The notes under the pieces are model-generated. The model was not told the origin of the DNA, searched no databases, and saw only the letters and a list, made by a program, of their open reading frames with translations. The position numbers were made by a program, and so were the translations under genes. A DNA stretch of 64,000 nt from Octopus sinensis (lineage: Eukaryota), in assembly GCF_006345805.1 (NCBI RefSeq), contig NC_043015.1, positions 4,526,001-4,590,000 on the forward strand, read 5' to 3'. Below, piece after piece: positions 39,607-52,819 of this stretch. Numbering within the stretch: the stretch's first letter is position 1; every line of letters begins with the position of its first letter.

Positions 39607-39936
39607 AAAGTTAAGTTTGTAAAAGTTTTTAACTCTCATCTCACTAAATTTATCCAGCTATTGTGTATCTAGTACACTCTTCGCCTTGAATGTAATGATA
39701 TATGTATAATATATGGCGTGTACTGGTACACCGGCGATTATAATTAATTTTATTGTATCGCATTTATCTTTGTTTACATATTCTCTCGATAAATTTCTGA
39801 CCGTTAGACGATATACCACAATCCCCTATTTTGTCGGGTTTGTTCGGAGTCTGCGCAGTGTTTTGAATAGTTTAGAAAGAGGATTTCGATAGACGCACAT
39901 GGATCTATTGGTATGGTCTTCCATCGTTAACAGGAA

Positions 39937-40009
39937 TCTTACTGAAGAGCCAGCCTGAGTAAATAAATACTATTTTTATTACTGAATTTGGCGAAACTGC
40001 GGTATAAGA
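39937..40009 (+). ncRNA. Minimal type I hammerhead ribozyme, unit 6
   Basis: Same core; cleavage after 40004. Confidence 0.85.
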
Positions 40010-41279
40010 AAAGTTAAGTTTGTAAAAGTTTTTAATTCTCATCTCACTAAATTTATCCAGCTATTGTGTATCTAGTACACTCTTCGCCTTGAATGTAATG
40101 ATATATGTATAATATATGGCGTGTACTGGTACACCGGCGATTATAATTAATTTTATTGTATCGCATTTATCTTTGTTTATATATATATATATATATATGT
40201 ATATGTGTGTATGTATGTGTGTGTGTGAGAGAGAGAGAGAGATAGATAGATAGATAGATATAGATATAAAGATTTAGACGGATCAGTATGTAGAACAATA
40301 TGACGGAATGGTGAAACACTTTGCCTCATATGCACCCAATCGCCTGTTGAAACCTTTCCTCGTAGCTTGTCAAATGTTATTAGCTATTCTCTTCGTGTGC
40401 CTAATAAAATATCAGTGAAATTGATAGACACCGGGCTGATGAGTTGCAACTGTAATTCCAAATGCATGCTCCCAACTAATATATAATGCAGATGCTACCG
40501 GAGGATATTTTTATGATACACATGATTTTATGATATATATATTCAGTCGCTTGTACAACACACGAGCATATAAATACACACAGAATCACACACATATATT
40601 TACAATTGTGTATGCGTAAATGTGTATACGTTGTTACCCTTCGTCTCTTAATCAGTTAAGCTGTGTAATTTTGTGTTAATTGATATATATTGATTATATA
40701 ATTAATTTGCGTAACATACCATTAGAGTGAAATTAGATAACAAACCCATAAGTAAAAGTTATGTATTATCGACATGATCTCATAAATATAGTGTTAAATA
40801 TAGTGCGTGTGTATGTATCATTATACATTTAGACACATGCACATATACAATTTTGCATCAATCTGATTGGTTACTTTATATATTTGTACATAATTATTTA
40901 TTATTCTTAAACAAAAATATCGTTGATAGTTACTTGTAAGTTTCGGGAAGCTAAACCATCGTCTACATTCGTAGCATTAGAGTCAGTCTTGTTTTTACAT
41001 ACCGTCAGTTGAATTTTAAAAAAAAACTTCCTTCTGAGTGTAGTTCTGAATAGTATGGAAATGTCTTCTTTGCCAGAAGCCCCTCCATAGCAACCGGCCT
41101 AAAATCCTGATACACTCGTGGAAGATGTTAAGTTGACAGAGAATGTATACAAAGACAAGAATGATATAATGCATCACTGCGACAGTAATGTATATATTTG
41201 TGTGTTTGCGTGGGTGTGTCTGAGCGTGTGTATGTTTCTGTGTATGTGTATACATACACATAAATACGTATGTATGCAT

Positions 41280-41640
<361 letters not shown>

Positions 41641-43302
41641 AATTTATACAGTCATAGACACAATCATATGAAGATGTACTCGCATCCCCATCTATGTTTA
41701 ATGCCTTAACTTTGCGTACGTAGATATTTAATATCATTCTAATTACATCGGATCTTTATAATCTTTATTGCGTCATTTTTTTCCACCGGGAATTGTAAGA
41801 ATTTTAGAAACATTAATGGCTAATGAAATTGTTTGTCTTACTAGAGTTAACCACTGATGAATATTATCTTTTCAACATTTCCTTTTCATTGAATCATTTG
41901 TAGCCGAGAGATTGTCTCCAGAATCTCGTTGTTGTATTTTAAGTGTATATTCTTCTCATTCTCTCTGAGTTAAGTACTGATCTTAACCTTTCTCTGTGAC
42001 TAAACTTTTGCGATAATTTCGTCTACTTTGTTATGGTTAGGAGACTTATGTTAATAACATTACAGCGATTTATTCTTCAATCCGTATATATGTTTATCTA
42101 TATATAAATTTATATATTAATTTGTATTGCTTATCTTGCCTGTGATTTTACCAAATTACTATAACTTAGTAAAGTAATATTGATATAATCATTGATTATA
42201 TGTTTAGAATAATGCTTGTTTGAATTTTTCTTATGTTAAAAATCCTGTATAGAAACGTAATTGAAATGAGAGTGAACAATTTCAAAAATTTTCAAAATGC
42301 CCCCATCATCACGATAGGTGTGGTGAAATAAAATATGGGAAAAATTCCTGTCAAATCTGAGTAGATCCAACTTATTTGGTTTTCTCGATACAGAACTCCT
42401 CTCTCAACCCCTTCGGAAAACAAATTTCCTTATGGTCGTAATCTATGCCGTTTGAATGGTATCTGTATAAAATTTAATGAAAAGAAATCCATTTTCCTGA
42501 AAGTTATGAAGCAAAAATTCCGGATGTAGTGAATTTTTGGAAACTCCTCTTTACACACCCTAACAAAAATTATTTCCCGTAAATAGCTTTATAATCTGAA
42601 CCCACAGCATGTAAGCGGCATTTGTTGACAATTTTGCTAGTTAAAAGGTATCAATTTTTCTGGAAATTATGAGGCAACAAAGATGGTGGAGTACACATCT
42701 ATAGTTATGCAAACAAAGCTCCCCGGTATTCACAGTAAAGGACAATAAGAACAGGTATTACTGCTGCGATTTGTAGAATCAAACCTCCCCCGCCAAAATA
42801 TCAAAACGCTTATCTGTGGAACCCGTGGTCCGATTTACGCGTAACTTGCTTTATTCCGTTTGTATTCGAATTTCAGGATTTCTTTTTACTTCCAGAGTAT
42901 CTTCCTTTTATGGGCCGATTTGGCGGTATCAAATAACAGACGAGCAAGCAAGGATTAAGAGAATTTTCCTATTATAGAGATAGATACATAGATAGATAGA
43001 TAGATAAACACATATAAGTGGCATTTGTTACGTGTTCACTGTGATATTTATGAAAGTCTTATTTATCTACTGGAATGTTAGAATTTCTTAGTTGAAGATT
43101 AGCCATAATCTATATATACATATCGTAGCATTTTTCCTTTTTTCTTTCTTTCAGTTTTTCCTTTATAATTAATCCATGAATATATCGTATTTTCTAAGAA
43201 ATTTAACAAAAGGTAATAAAGCCTATTTGTATGTTTATATATATACACACACAGACACACAGACACAAACACAAACACACACACACATACATACATATAT
43301 AC

Positions 43303-43377
<75 letters not shown>

Positions 43378-45468
43378 ATATATAAGTGTGTGTGGGTGTA
43401 TGTTTACCAGGGTTAACGTGCGGAAGATATAGCAATGAGATTGTGAATCACTGTCACTTGCGATGCATATGTCCAAGTATAGAAACTATATGAACTCTGG
43501 TGAAAAGAAGCTAGAAATTGATTGTTATCTAACCTGGTAATCCGCATGAATCAGCAGTGAAGACCAGTATAAAATATCTATTTTGGAACGCCAACGACTG
43601 CCGATGACTTAAAGAAAATACGCACAAATGAGAAATATGACCTACCAACAGTTACTCGACGGAACACTTAGTGGATTAGCCAATTATAACAGATATTATA
43701 ATGCCTACATATTTCTTACAGAAATGTTATGCGTCAGGATATCCTTCTACGTGATTTGTAAAAAATATCTAATCCATAATGATGGATGTGTAGTCGTGCT
43801 CAGAACAACACGTGATCACTGTTGATGCCACGAGAATTTTCAGTCTTGTTTCCCAACAATTGCTTGGAAATTGAAAAGTTTTACCTAAATATATCAAGTG
43901 GAATGTTATTAATTTCCACATACGTTGTATTCTAATATGAATTCAAATTACTTCTTATTTCTTTCTACATATATATTCTGATTATATGCGACGTAAACAG
44001 GGAGAATAATATCAGTAGCAGTTAATAGTTGATACTGTTTAAGGGAATTATCTGAATTCAGATCTCTGTGTAATTGTGCAACATTTCAAGGAAGTATCTT
44101 CTGTAACCGCAAAGCTGGTCAATCTATATCAGCCTCTACTGATATAGGACAATGGTGATTAGAAGAACAGTGGTGTGGAACTGGAATGCAATTGGCACCT
44201 TCGTAAATGGAATATCGCAGTAATGTAGCTTTATGAAATGTATCAACGTTAAGTACGATATGCACAATGTTGTTTTCAAATAATATTGTTTGCGCCCCTA
44301 ATAGCGAAACTGAAGAAACGAATAGTCTATTTCCGACATTACTTATTACCTAAGCACAATTTTTCTCTTTTTAGTAGAGGTTAGTTTGCTTGAGCATGCG
44401 GTTGGCGTAAGAAATTTCGGTTTGGCAATTCTCTCGCCACTTTTGGACGGTTTTCGTATTTAACTCTATTCTGCAGTGCTTCTAAGCAGTATGTGTCTAT
44501 ACGATACACTTTTTTGAAAGAAAGACAGCATTTGTCTGTCTTTTTATAATATACCGTCCGTAAGATAGAGCGAATAACAAATATGTGTGTGCGTGTATGT
44601 GTCTACGTCTGTGTGCAATGTATATGTATGCATGTATGTATGGATGGATATATCTTAAGGAATGCATTTCAATCTTTTAAGACAATTTCTGTTTTATGCC
44701 AGCACATATGAGAGAAATAGCTGCTTATAATGTATACAATTATTTACTCATATTATGGTTCTAATCTCTCTCAATATACACTACACAACCCTATTTTGGT
44801 TCGATATATATTTGTGTTAATATATTTTTCATTCTCTTTTTCTTTCCTTTCTCCGTCAAGCGAAGCACAAATCCAGTTGACTGAATATTAACAATATTTT
44901 ATGCAAATTTCATCGTGTAAACCTTACGGTACGAAACTCAGATGTATTTTGCTTACGATTGTAAAATATAACTTTATTCCTTCTTATTATCTGCTACTTT
45001 CAACCTTTTTTTCTAATTCTTCATATTATGCGAATCACAACGATGTCCTTTATATTATATGCACTATTATGTTTCAAAAGTTCATGACAACATAATGAGA
45101 GTGATTTTCTATAGATTCTTTTATTTTCGTGCCTACTCTTTTTGATAAATTCTATCAATATTTTATTGCAGATGATTATTCGGTTTTAGATTTTGTATTG
45201 TTTTCTTCGTTTGATTTTTGTGCTTCAGTATTAGTAAGAAATGCGGCTTTCAAGATAAGAAAAAAAAAATTCGATATAATTGTAAAATATATTTTCACCA
45301 GAAAATTTAAATTGCTTTTCCTGACATTTCTAAAACATACATACTTATGAGAGATTTTCTTTGCCAAAAAGTGAAACAATAACACACAAACTACCGCAGA
45401 GAGACACATACCAGCGGGTTTATATATATATATATACACGTTCATATATATGTATATAAGTACATATG

Positions 45469-45516
<48 letters not shown>

Positions 45517-46647
45517 TGTGTGTGTGTATGGGAATCTGCATCAGTGTCTCACTAAAATCAATTTATATTTTAATATTTGCAGAGAGAATGATTTAACGTA
45601 ATGTCTTCTTAAATCTCGAATTTAAATCCATTGTATTAAGTAATTATGCAGCGCATTACTGTGAAGAAAAATTTTAAATACATGTTGCCGTTAACCATTT
45701 ATTAAAGGAAGACTTATGTGTTTCTGCTATATATCATTAATTAATGTAACGCCTCGAAAGGAAAATAACGCAATGTAAATTTACTCCAAAATGTGGATGT
45801 TAGCTAAATAAAACGGTCAAACATATAGGAATTCTTGTAACACAAATATGCTTTGGTTAGGATTTATAAAAATAATAATCTAAGATTTCATACGCAATTC
45901 AATATAAAAGAAATAGAAAAATATATTTTATTAAAGTTCAATAGAGTGTTATGATCTAGAATTCGATTAAAAATAAAATTATTGGAATTTTGAAGGATTA
46001 CATTTGCGTTAAGCTTATGCACAAAAGTTTTGCGGCCGTAATATTTTCGTCTGTCTATTGAGAAAAAAATTATTAAATTTCGCTTTTGCATATTTTATTA
46101 AATAGTAAAGAAAAAAAAAAAGAAAAAAAGAATCTGAACTGTAAATTCTTAACTGTAAGCGTATATATGAAAACGAAGGAAACTAACAAAAGAAGTTTCA
46201 CATTTTTGTGAAGTAGAAATATATTAGTTATAAATCTATAGTAATCCCGAGAGACTACACAAGCATATTTTGCTAAATTTATCGGCATCAGAATATAATT
46301 TCTTCTTTTTCGTCGGTGAATTAGGGAAAACCAACAAAAATATGCAAATACAGTAAAACACCCCCCACACACACACACAACTATAAACTCAAACTCATCT
46401 GTCAACACACATCTTAGAAACACATACGTACACAAACATACACTCGTATGAATGTCAGTTTGTAGGCGCGCGTGTGTGAAAAGTATTTCGCCATTTCCTT
46501 TCAGTAACGTTTAAAATTTGCATACGCGGCTTAGGAACCGTAGGCAAATACGTTCATGTATAAGCCAAATTTCGCTGGAGGCCTGATCGGTTAAGTTGGT
46601 TGCAGTGAAAATATATTAGCTTCCCTCTCTCTCCCTCTCTCTCTCTC

Positions 46648-46711
<64 letters not shown>

Positions 46712-47569
46712 TATATAAATATCTCACTAACTATATACAGACACACTGTCAATCAATAATATGTTAGAAGTTTTGATAAAATAAAACAATAGAATCTCGT
46801 GTGTATCCTAGTTCGTGTGCTATTTCTCTCCTTTTCAAAAAGCCATATTTACGATGTAAGTACTCAGAAATCTCTTTATATAATATTTCTCTTTTTATGC
46901 GCAAAAAATTTCCATTCCAGAAACGATACAACACTCAACATCTTGTAGTTGACTTACAATTTTGCTATAGAAAAAGGCATTACTAACATATACACAAAGA
47001 CGCAGAGGCACACACACATACATACACATGCATGTATACGATGGCTTCAACTGGATTCAAGACCCCAGTAGTGCCATCGCTTGCTATTTATAGTCGTGCA
47101 TAATCGTCACAGATATATTGTTTTCAGTCATGCTATTGATTTACATTGTATTGAACAGATGTGGTATTCACAAGCGCCCCTTGAAGTTGGTCAAATTACC
47201 TATGGCGTTACATTCTGCTTTCCCGAGCAAAATCTTGTTTTCCCATAAACAGTTGAAGTACAAAAGCACTATCTTGATTCATAATTAACAATTAAATCAC
47301 TGTGAAGCTTTTCTGATGATGTTTAAACCTGCTTTATTTAGATGGACGAGAGCACATTCATTACATTTGGAATGAAGCTGTATGGCAACATCCTCAATTA
47401 AATTGACATCAAGGCCTTTACGAATACATCTCTTGGCTTGTTCATACTTGATGCAACTTCGTCCGAGTTCCCTCCTTTGCATATATGTATGCATATATAA
47501 ATACACATAAATACATATATATTTATGTATGCTTTTATTCTTTTACTTGTTACAGTCACTCAACTGCGG

Positions 47570-47650
47570 CCATGCTGAAGCACCGCCCTTAGTTAAGCAG
47601 AACAAATCCAAGATTTATTCTTTGTATGGCTAGTATTTATTCTATAGATC
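47570..47650 (-). mobile_element. SINE family A tail fragment
   Basis: actgcggccatgctgaagcaccgcc is the reverse complement of ggcggtgctccagcatggccgcagt. Confidence 0.6.
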
Positions 47651-47920
47651 TTTGATTTATTCCTTTGGCAGTTCACTGATTTCATTCATTACCATGAGGC
47701 TTTCGGGGCTTATGTCCTGGAAGAATTTTCCTCAAATATATACTTCGCATTAGTTTCTCTATTTATCGATTCTCTATTTTAGTATGTATTTCCATGCTAT
47801 GCCTCGCTCTTATTTTTGCACATTATTACAGAACTAAAATCGATGTAAACCACTCGATACCTTTACGGCCTTCAAAATACACGCAGGATACACGCACACG
47901 TTCACACATATGCTTATGCG

Positions 47921-47969
<49 letters not shown>

Positions 47970-47974
47970 ATATC

Positions 47975-48031
<57 letters not shown>

Positions 48032-50398
48032 TGAGTGTCCTTTTGTATGTATGTATTAGTATATGAGTACATATATTTGTATATATGTATACGCTTATAT
48101 ATATACACAGACACACGTATTAATATATATATATATATATATATAAGAGAGAGGGAGAGAGAGAGAGATCACGAATTAATGTGGTTGTGTGTCTCAGCCA
48201 ATCCCTCGCCTTTACTAGGTGTGGTTAGTAAGTTAAGAATGAGATTGAAACTAAATAAACTGAAATGAAAGAAAAGAAGATATGTAAAAAGGCATTTCCG
48301 GTGATAGATTTGTGGATATAAAAAGTTTTATGGGTTCATAAATAGAAGAGATTAAGGATTGGCAAAAGGGGTCATGGATATAGAAATAAATCTAAAGATA
48401 GAGAGGATGATATAAAATAGACAGATAGTTAGACTATGGGCAAACAAACAGACTGGTAGATAGAAACATAGTTACATAGACAGAAGACAGATAGATAGAC
48501 AGATAAATAGATAGACAGAGAAATAGAGAGAGAGAGAGTGAGATAGTGAGAGAGAAAGAGAGAGATCTTGTATTCTAACCGTATATCTGTATTTTATTTC
48601 TCATCTTCGAGGGATGTGTAATATCTCAGATTTTCTTTTTATCACTGTGTATTTCGAGATTTTGTTACACAGTTACTGGCGCTGAAACGAAATGTCATTG
48701 CAAAAGTAATGTTTATGACAATTGTTGAGTAGAAGGCATTCTTTGGATACATATTCATGATTTGGACATTATTTTCACTAAGTTTGGTTTGGAAAGTATA
48801 TTTGATGTGTCTTGACGCCTATTATGCAAATAAATTAATTTGGAGCACAGAGAAAGCGACTTCATATTATCGGTATTTTTATTTTCACACTTTTCCGTCC
48901 ACCATTATCTTGAATATTGCAGAAAACAATGCTAAGGTTACTTGAGAAGAATTATTAAATTATATTCAAATTGAATTCAAAACGACAACTGATGTAACTT
49001 TCGCGTGTGAGAGGGAAAATGCGGGGAGCAAGGAACAAATCCTAAGCCAAAATCAAAATATAATACTTTACGTAGAGTTATTGCATATAATCCTCCTTTT
49101 GCCGATTGCCTCCAGATAAGGATCACACAATCGAGCTATTTTGTCTGTATAACCGTATTTACGATTTTCTGACATCATTCTGCTGTTTGATAGCATAAGC
49201 TGCAACGCATATCTAACAATGAAACACACACACATACACATACACATGCACGCACAAACACACACACACACACGCACATATATATATATATATATATATA
49301 AATGCTATTATTTAAATTATGCTTGCAGGCTCACTCAGAAGTTCTGAGGTGGCGGGCAACCTGCTGGGAGACCACTGGGCGTGTCACCTCTTAGTCTGTA
49401 TGTCGGCATGTTTCTAGTCCGCGCTTCAAACCGAGGATATTTCCGTTTAGATAATCGATGGTCAGTTCGCAGGGAATACTCTGTGAATTTCGACAATCGA
49501 AGGCAAGATGAGCTGCTACAGATAACACTATCCTAATATGTTTATGCATAACACTATCCATATATGGTACTGCGTAGCATATATGAACTTGTTTTCCCAC
49601 TGAAATTCCGAACTTGAACTCCACAGCTAAACACATCAGCTGACCTTTCGGATATTGTCAACATTTGATAGACCTGGTGAAGTCGTTGGTCGAGCCAGCT
49701 CAACCCACTCTGCGTGAATGTCGTTATAAGTAGATGTATCTAGTATATACCAGAACATTCAAATTTAGCATACAATTCAATGATTCCTTTATTTTTCAAC
49801 GATTGCAGAAACAATTTCTTTGAATCAACGGCATATTGCAAGACAGCCATCATCACAAAATACTTCAATATGTTGCTGCAAATTTTAAAAGACTATTTCA
49901 GAATCCGATTAAACTTACGTTAAGTGGATGACATTAGTGCTCTGTCACTCATTGCAATATATCCTGAGTGCTTTGTTAATTAAATGTCATTCAGTTGCTT
50001 GCCATTTTACACAATAATTATTTGTATTGTAATTTTGGAAAGAATATCCCAAAGAATTTTATTCTTCATTGTACCGAAAAAGGCATTTCTTGTAAAACCA
50101 CCTTAATTATTGTTAAAAAACAAACAAATAAATATAATAAGAATAATAATTGCCAGGAGGAACACAACACTTTGACATTTTAGTTACAAAAATCATTAAA
50201 AAGCATGACAAAGAGGTTTTGAGTATCCGATGAGTAACTCAGTTAAGTTCTGAAAATTACAACGAAAATAAAGGAAATACATGAAAACGCTCTCGGAAAA
50301 TGTATGTTCCGATAAAGAGACATCCATCGAATTGTTATCGTTGCCAGATATTTTCGCACCATGCTATATATATATATATATATATATAATATAATATA

Positions 50399-50471
<73 letters not shown>

Positions 50472-50498
50472 ATATATATATATTTGTATGTATGTATG

Positions 50499-50534
<36 letters not shown>

Positions 50535-50544
50535 ACGGCGGTGC

Positions 50545-50745
50545 ATCAGCATGGCCGCAGCTCTGAGCTGAAACTAGAAAAAAAAATATATATATAGGCG
50601 AAGGAGGAGCTACATGTATAGAAAATTACTGTTCCAGGTTCAGTAGCATTTCGTGTCACCTTAAGTAAATGTTTTCTACTATAGCCTAGGGTCTTGTGAG
50701 TAGATCTCGGAGATGGAAACTGAAAGAAGCCAATCGTGTATAGTT
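50545..50745 (+). mobile_element. SINE tail followed by a decayed SINE family A head
   Basis: ggcggtgcatcagcatggccgcag, then ggttcagtagc..ctactatagcc..ggaaactgaaagaagcc. Confidence 0.55.
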
Positions 50746-50803
50746 ATGTATATGCGTGTGATTGTGTGCACAGGAGTAATACAATATAATATAATATAAT
50801 ATA

Positions 50804-50845
<42 letters not shown>

Positions 50846-50856
50846 ATAATAATAAT

Positions 50857-50940
<84 letters not shown>

Positions 50941-50959
50941 GTAACAAAAAAGACTGAGA

Positions 50960-51450
50960 CCTCGATATTAGATAAATAGTTAGCCAAGCGATAAAGACGT
51001 GCCCACTAGAAGAAGCCTGAATGACCGAAACCATTACGTATGAAGCCTCTGGTAATTCTACAAACGCTAATATCACAGTTCTATGAATGAATTATGTGGG
51101 TCACACAGAGGGAAATTTCAAAGCAAGGTGCAACAATTATACCTTAATCTTCAGACAATGGAGTAAACGAAAAACTACCAAATTATCCAGTTATATAGGG
51201 ATCTTAAAAGAACAAGGTACCAAATATAGGATTTACTGGAATATCTTAGCTAATTGTAAACCTTATACCAATGGTAGTGGCTAGTGATGTCTTTGCAATA
51301 TGGAAAGATGACTCATCTGGAGAAGTTCCTGGGACGCTGATACAATAATAGAACTTTTTAATCATGTCCACATCTAACAAAATAACTGTTACGCTTTTGG
51401 GCCCCCCAAGATCTCGTCTAGAATCCGCATATTTACTCTGTTCCTGCACA
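50960..51450 (+). mobile_element. Penelope-like element GIY-YIG endonuclease relic
   Basis: CPLEEA*MTETITYEA then NYVGHTEGNFKARCNNYTLIFR..TTKLSSYI..LKEQG..YRIYWNILANCKPY, matching the PLE pattern CPLxGxCLxxxxVYxA..YIGxTExxFKxRYxNH; adjacent to (TAA)n at 50845-50940. Confidence 0.8.
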
Positions 51451-51602
51451 AGTTTCCCACGTCTTAACTCCATTTAATTTTTAAATTTTGATACATATTT
51501 TTTCCTTTTTTCCTTTTCAATTATGTGAATGTATACGTGTATGAATATATGTCTTCAACCTTTATATATGTATATGTGTGTGCGTGTGTATGTATGTATA
51601 TA

Positions 51603-51643
<41 letters not shown>

Positions 51644-51762
51644 TTTAAAACTAACTGTGTCCGGTGCATCAGTGCGACTTTCATGCACATGTCCCATTCA
51701 TTTTTATGGATATGCATGTTTGTTTATGAACGGGTGTAGGTGTGTGATAGGAGGCTGTCTAT

Positions 51763-51836
<74 letters not shown>

Positions 51837-51979
51837 TGTGTGTGTGTGAGCGTATGCGTGTATACGGTTGTGAATTTATGTTTGTATATATATATATATA
51901 GTCATTTGGAATAAACTTTTACACGTTAGGCCACTGGAAATGAGAATTTTAATTAATTTCCATTTCCCTTTGATATCAT

Positions 51980-52013
<34 letters not shown>

Positions 52014-52037
52014 TTTATTTAAAGCAGCAGAAAATTC

Positions 52038-52091
52038 AACAAAATCTGTTACTTTGAGTTTCTCGTTGCCGGTCATCAGACAGTTTTTGTT
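52038..52091 (-). ncRNA. Minimal type I hammerhead (left arm)
   Basis: AACAAAAACTGT-CTGATGA-CCG GCAA CGA-GAAAC TCAAA GTA|ACAGATTTTGTT; cleavage between 52050 and 52049; first stem II pair mismatched. Confidence 0.55.
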
Positions 52092-52093
52092 AG

Positions 52094-52147
52094 AACAAAA
52101 ACTGTCTGATGAACGGCAACGAGAAACTCAGAGTAACAGATTTTGTT
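52094..52147 (+). ncRNA. Minimal type I hammerhead (right arm)
   Basis: Stem I 11 of 12 bp, CTGATGA at 52106-52112, 2-bp stem II with GCAA tetraloop (A-A mismatch at base), GAAAC TCAGA GTA; cleavage after 52135. Confidence 0.65.
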
Positions 52148-52271
52148 GAATTTAAATAAATTTAAATAAAGCATATTACTCTACCACAGGTATTTGAGTA
52201 CTCTTTTTTTCCACCTTGTTTCACATTTATGTGTTTACCCCGGTATATATATATATATACATATATATATT

Positions 52272-52385
52272 TGCCTGCTCGCTTAGCCAGCGGGATGGCG
52301 TCATCTGAAGGCTAAAACAATGCTAACGCATTGTGACCAGCGATGTGTAACTACATCTGATGGACTGGTCGGTCACGTGATGATG
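52272..52385 (+). mobile_element. SINE/LINE 3' tail fragment
   Basis: tgcctgctcgcttagccagc..tgtgaccagcgatgtg..ggtcggtcacgtgat, recalled as a common octopod repeat tail; not verified. Confidence 0.45.
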
Positions 52386-52661
52386 GTGATATATATATAT
52401 ATATATACATATTTATACACATGTGTGCGTGTACGTAGATATGTATGTATGAGTCCCTACACACACATATATATTTGTGTGTGTATGTGCATGTATCTAT
52501 ATATGTTTGTGTTAGTGTGCCCGTATGTAGGCTTTATGGACTCAAAAGGTTTATTTCTATGTATTAAGAAAATATGGTTGCGTGCATTTTTTTTTCTTTT
52601 TCTATCTATTAGTGTAACTTCCCATTTAGTTAACGGTTTTTCATAGCTTCTGTTTCTAATA

Positions 52662-52705
52662 ATAGCCGATGAGAATGCAACGACATTCGAATCTCCGAGT
52701 ACTAT
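52662..52705 (+). ncRNA. Degenerate minimal hammerhead (CCGATGA core, GAAT)
   Basis: ATAG-CCGATGA-GAATG caacga CATTC-GAAT-C TCCGA G-TA|CTAT; all three stems pair, two core deviations. Confidence 0.5.
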
Positions 52706-52760
52706 AATGGAAATCGCTTTACTGTTTGTTCTAAATCATAACACTCTCACCACCCATACG

Positions 52761-52819
<59 letters not shown>

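Larger units (their letters stand above)
37733..40179 (+). repeat. Tandem array of six ~403-bp near-identical units plus a 32-bp partial unit; retrozyme-like
   Basis: Unit starts 37733, 38137, 38538, 38942, 39342, 39745, 40148; differences are mostly 1-nt indels; one hammerhead per unit. Confidence 0.95.
52032..52153. repeat. Near-perfect palindrome (60-bp arms, 2-nt centre)
   Basis: 52032-52091 is the reverse complement of 52094-52153 with 2 mismatches; imperfect extension to ~52010 and ~52172. Confidence 0.95.

Noticed and set aside
37733-40179. CRISPR array or tandem snRNA/5S/tRNA gene array
   Set aside because: Units are identical throughout with no unique spacers; no 5S, tRNA or snRNA consensus; A/B-box-like strings are poor and too far apart
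41016-41180. Minus-strand [15 protein letters not shown].. as a signal-peptide exon
   Set aside because: No usable splice donor, and the ORF starts in a microsatellite
42270-42960. Possible DNA-transposon interior
   Set aside because: Repeat-like by composition, but no termini or coding motif could be identified
50222-50290. CCGATGA..GAAA motif
   Set aside because: No consistent stem II, helix III or NUH site
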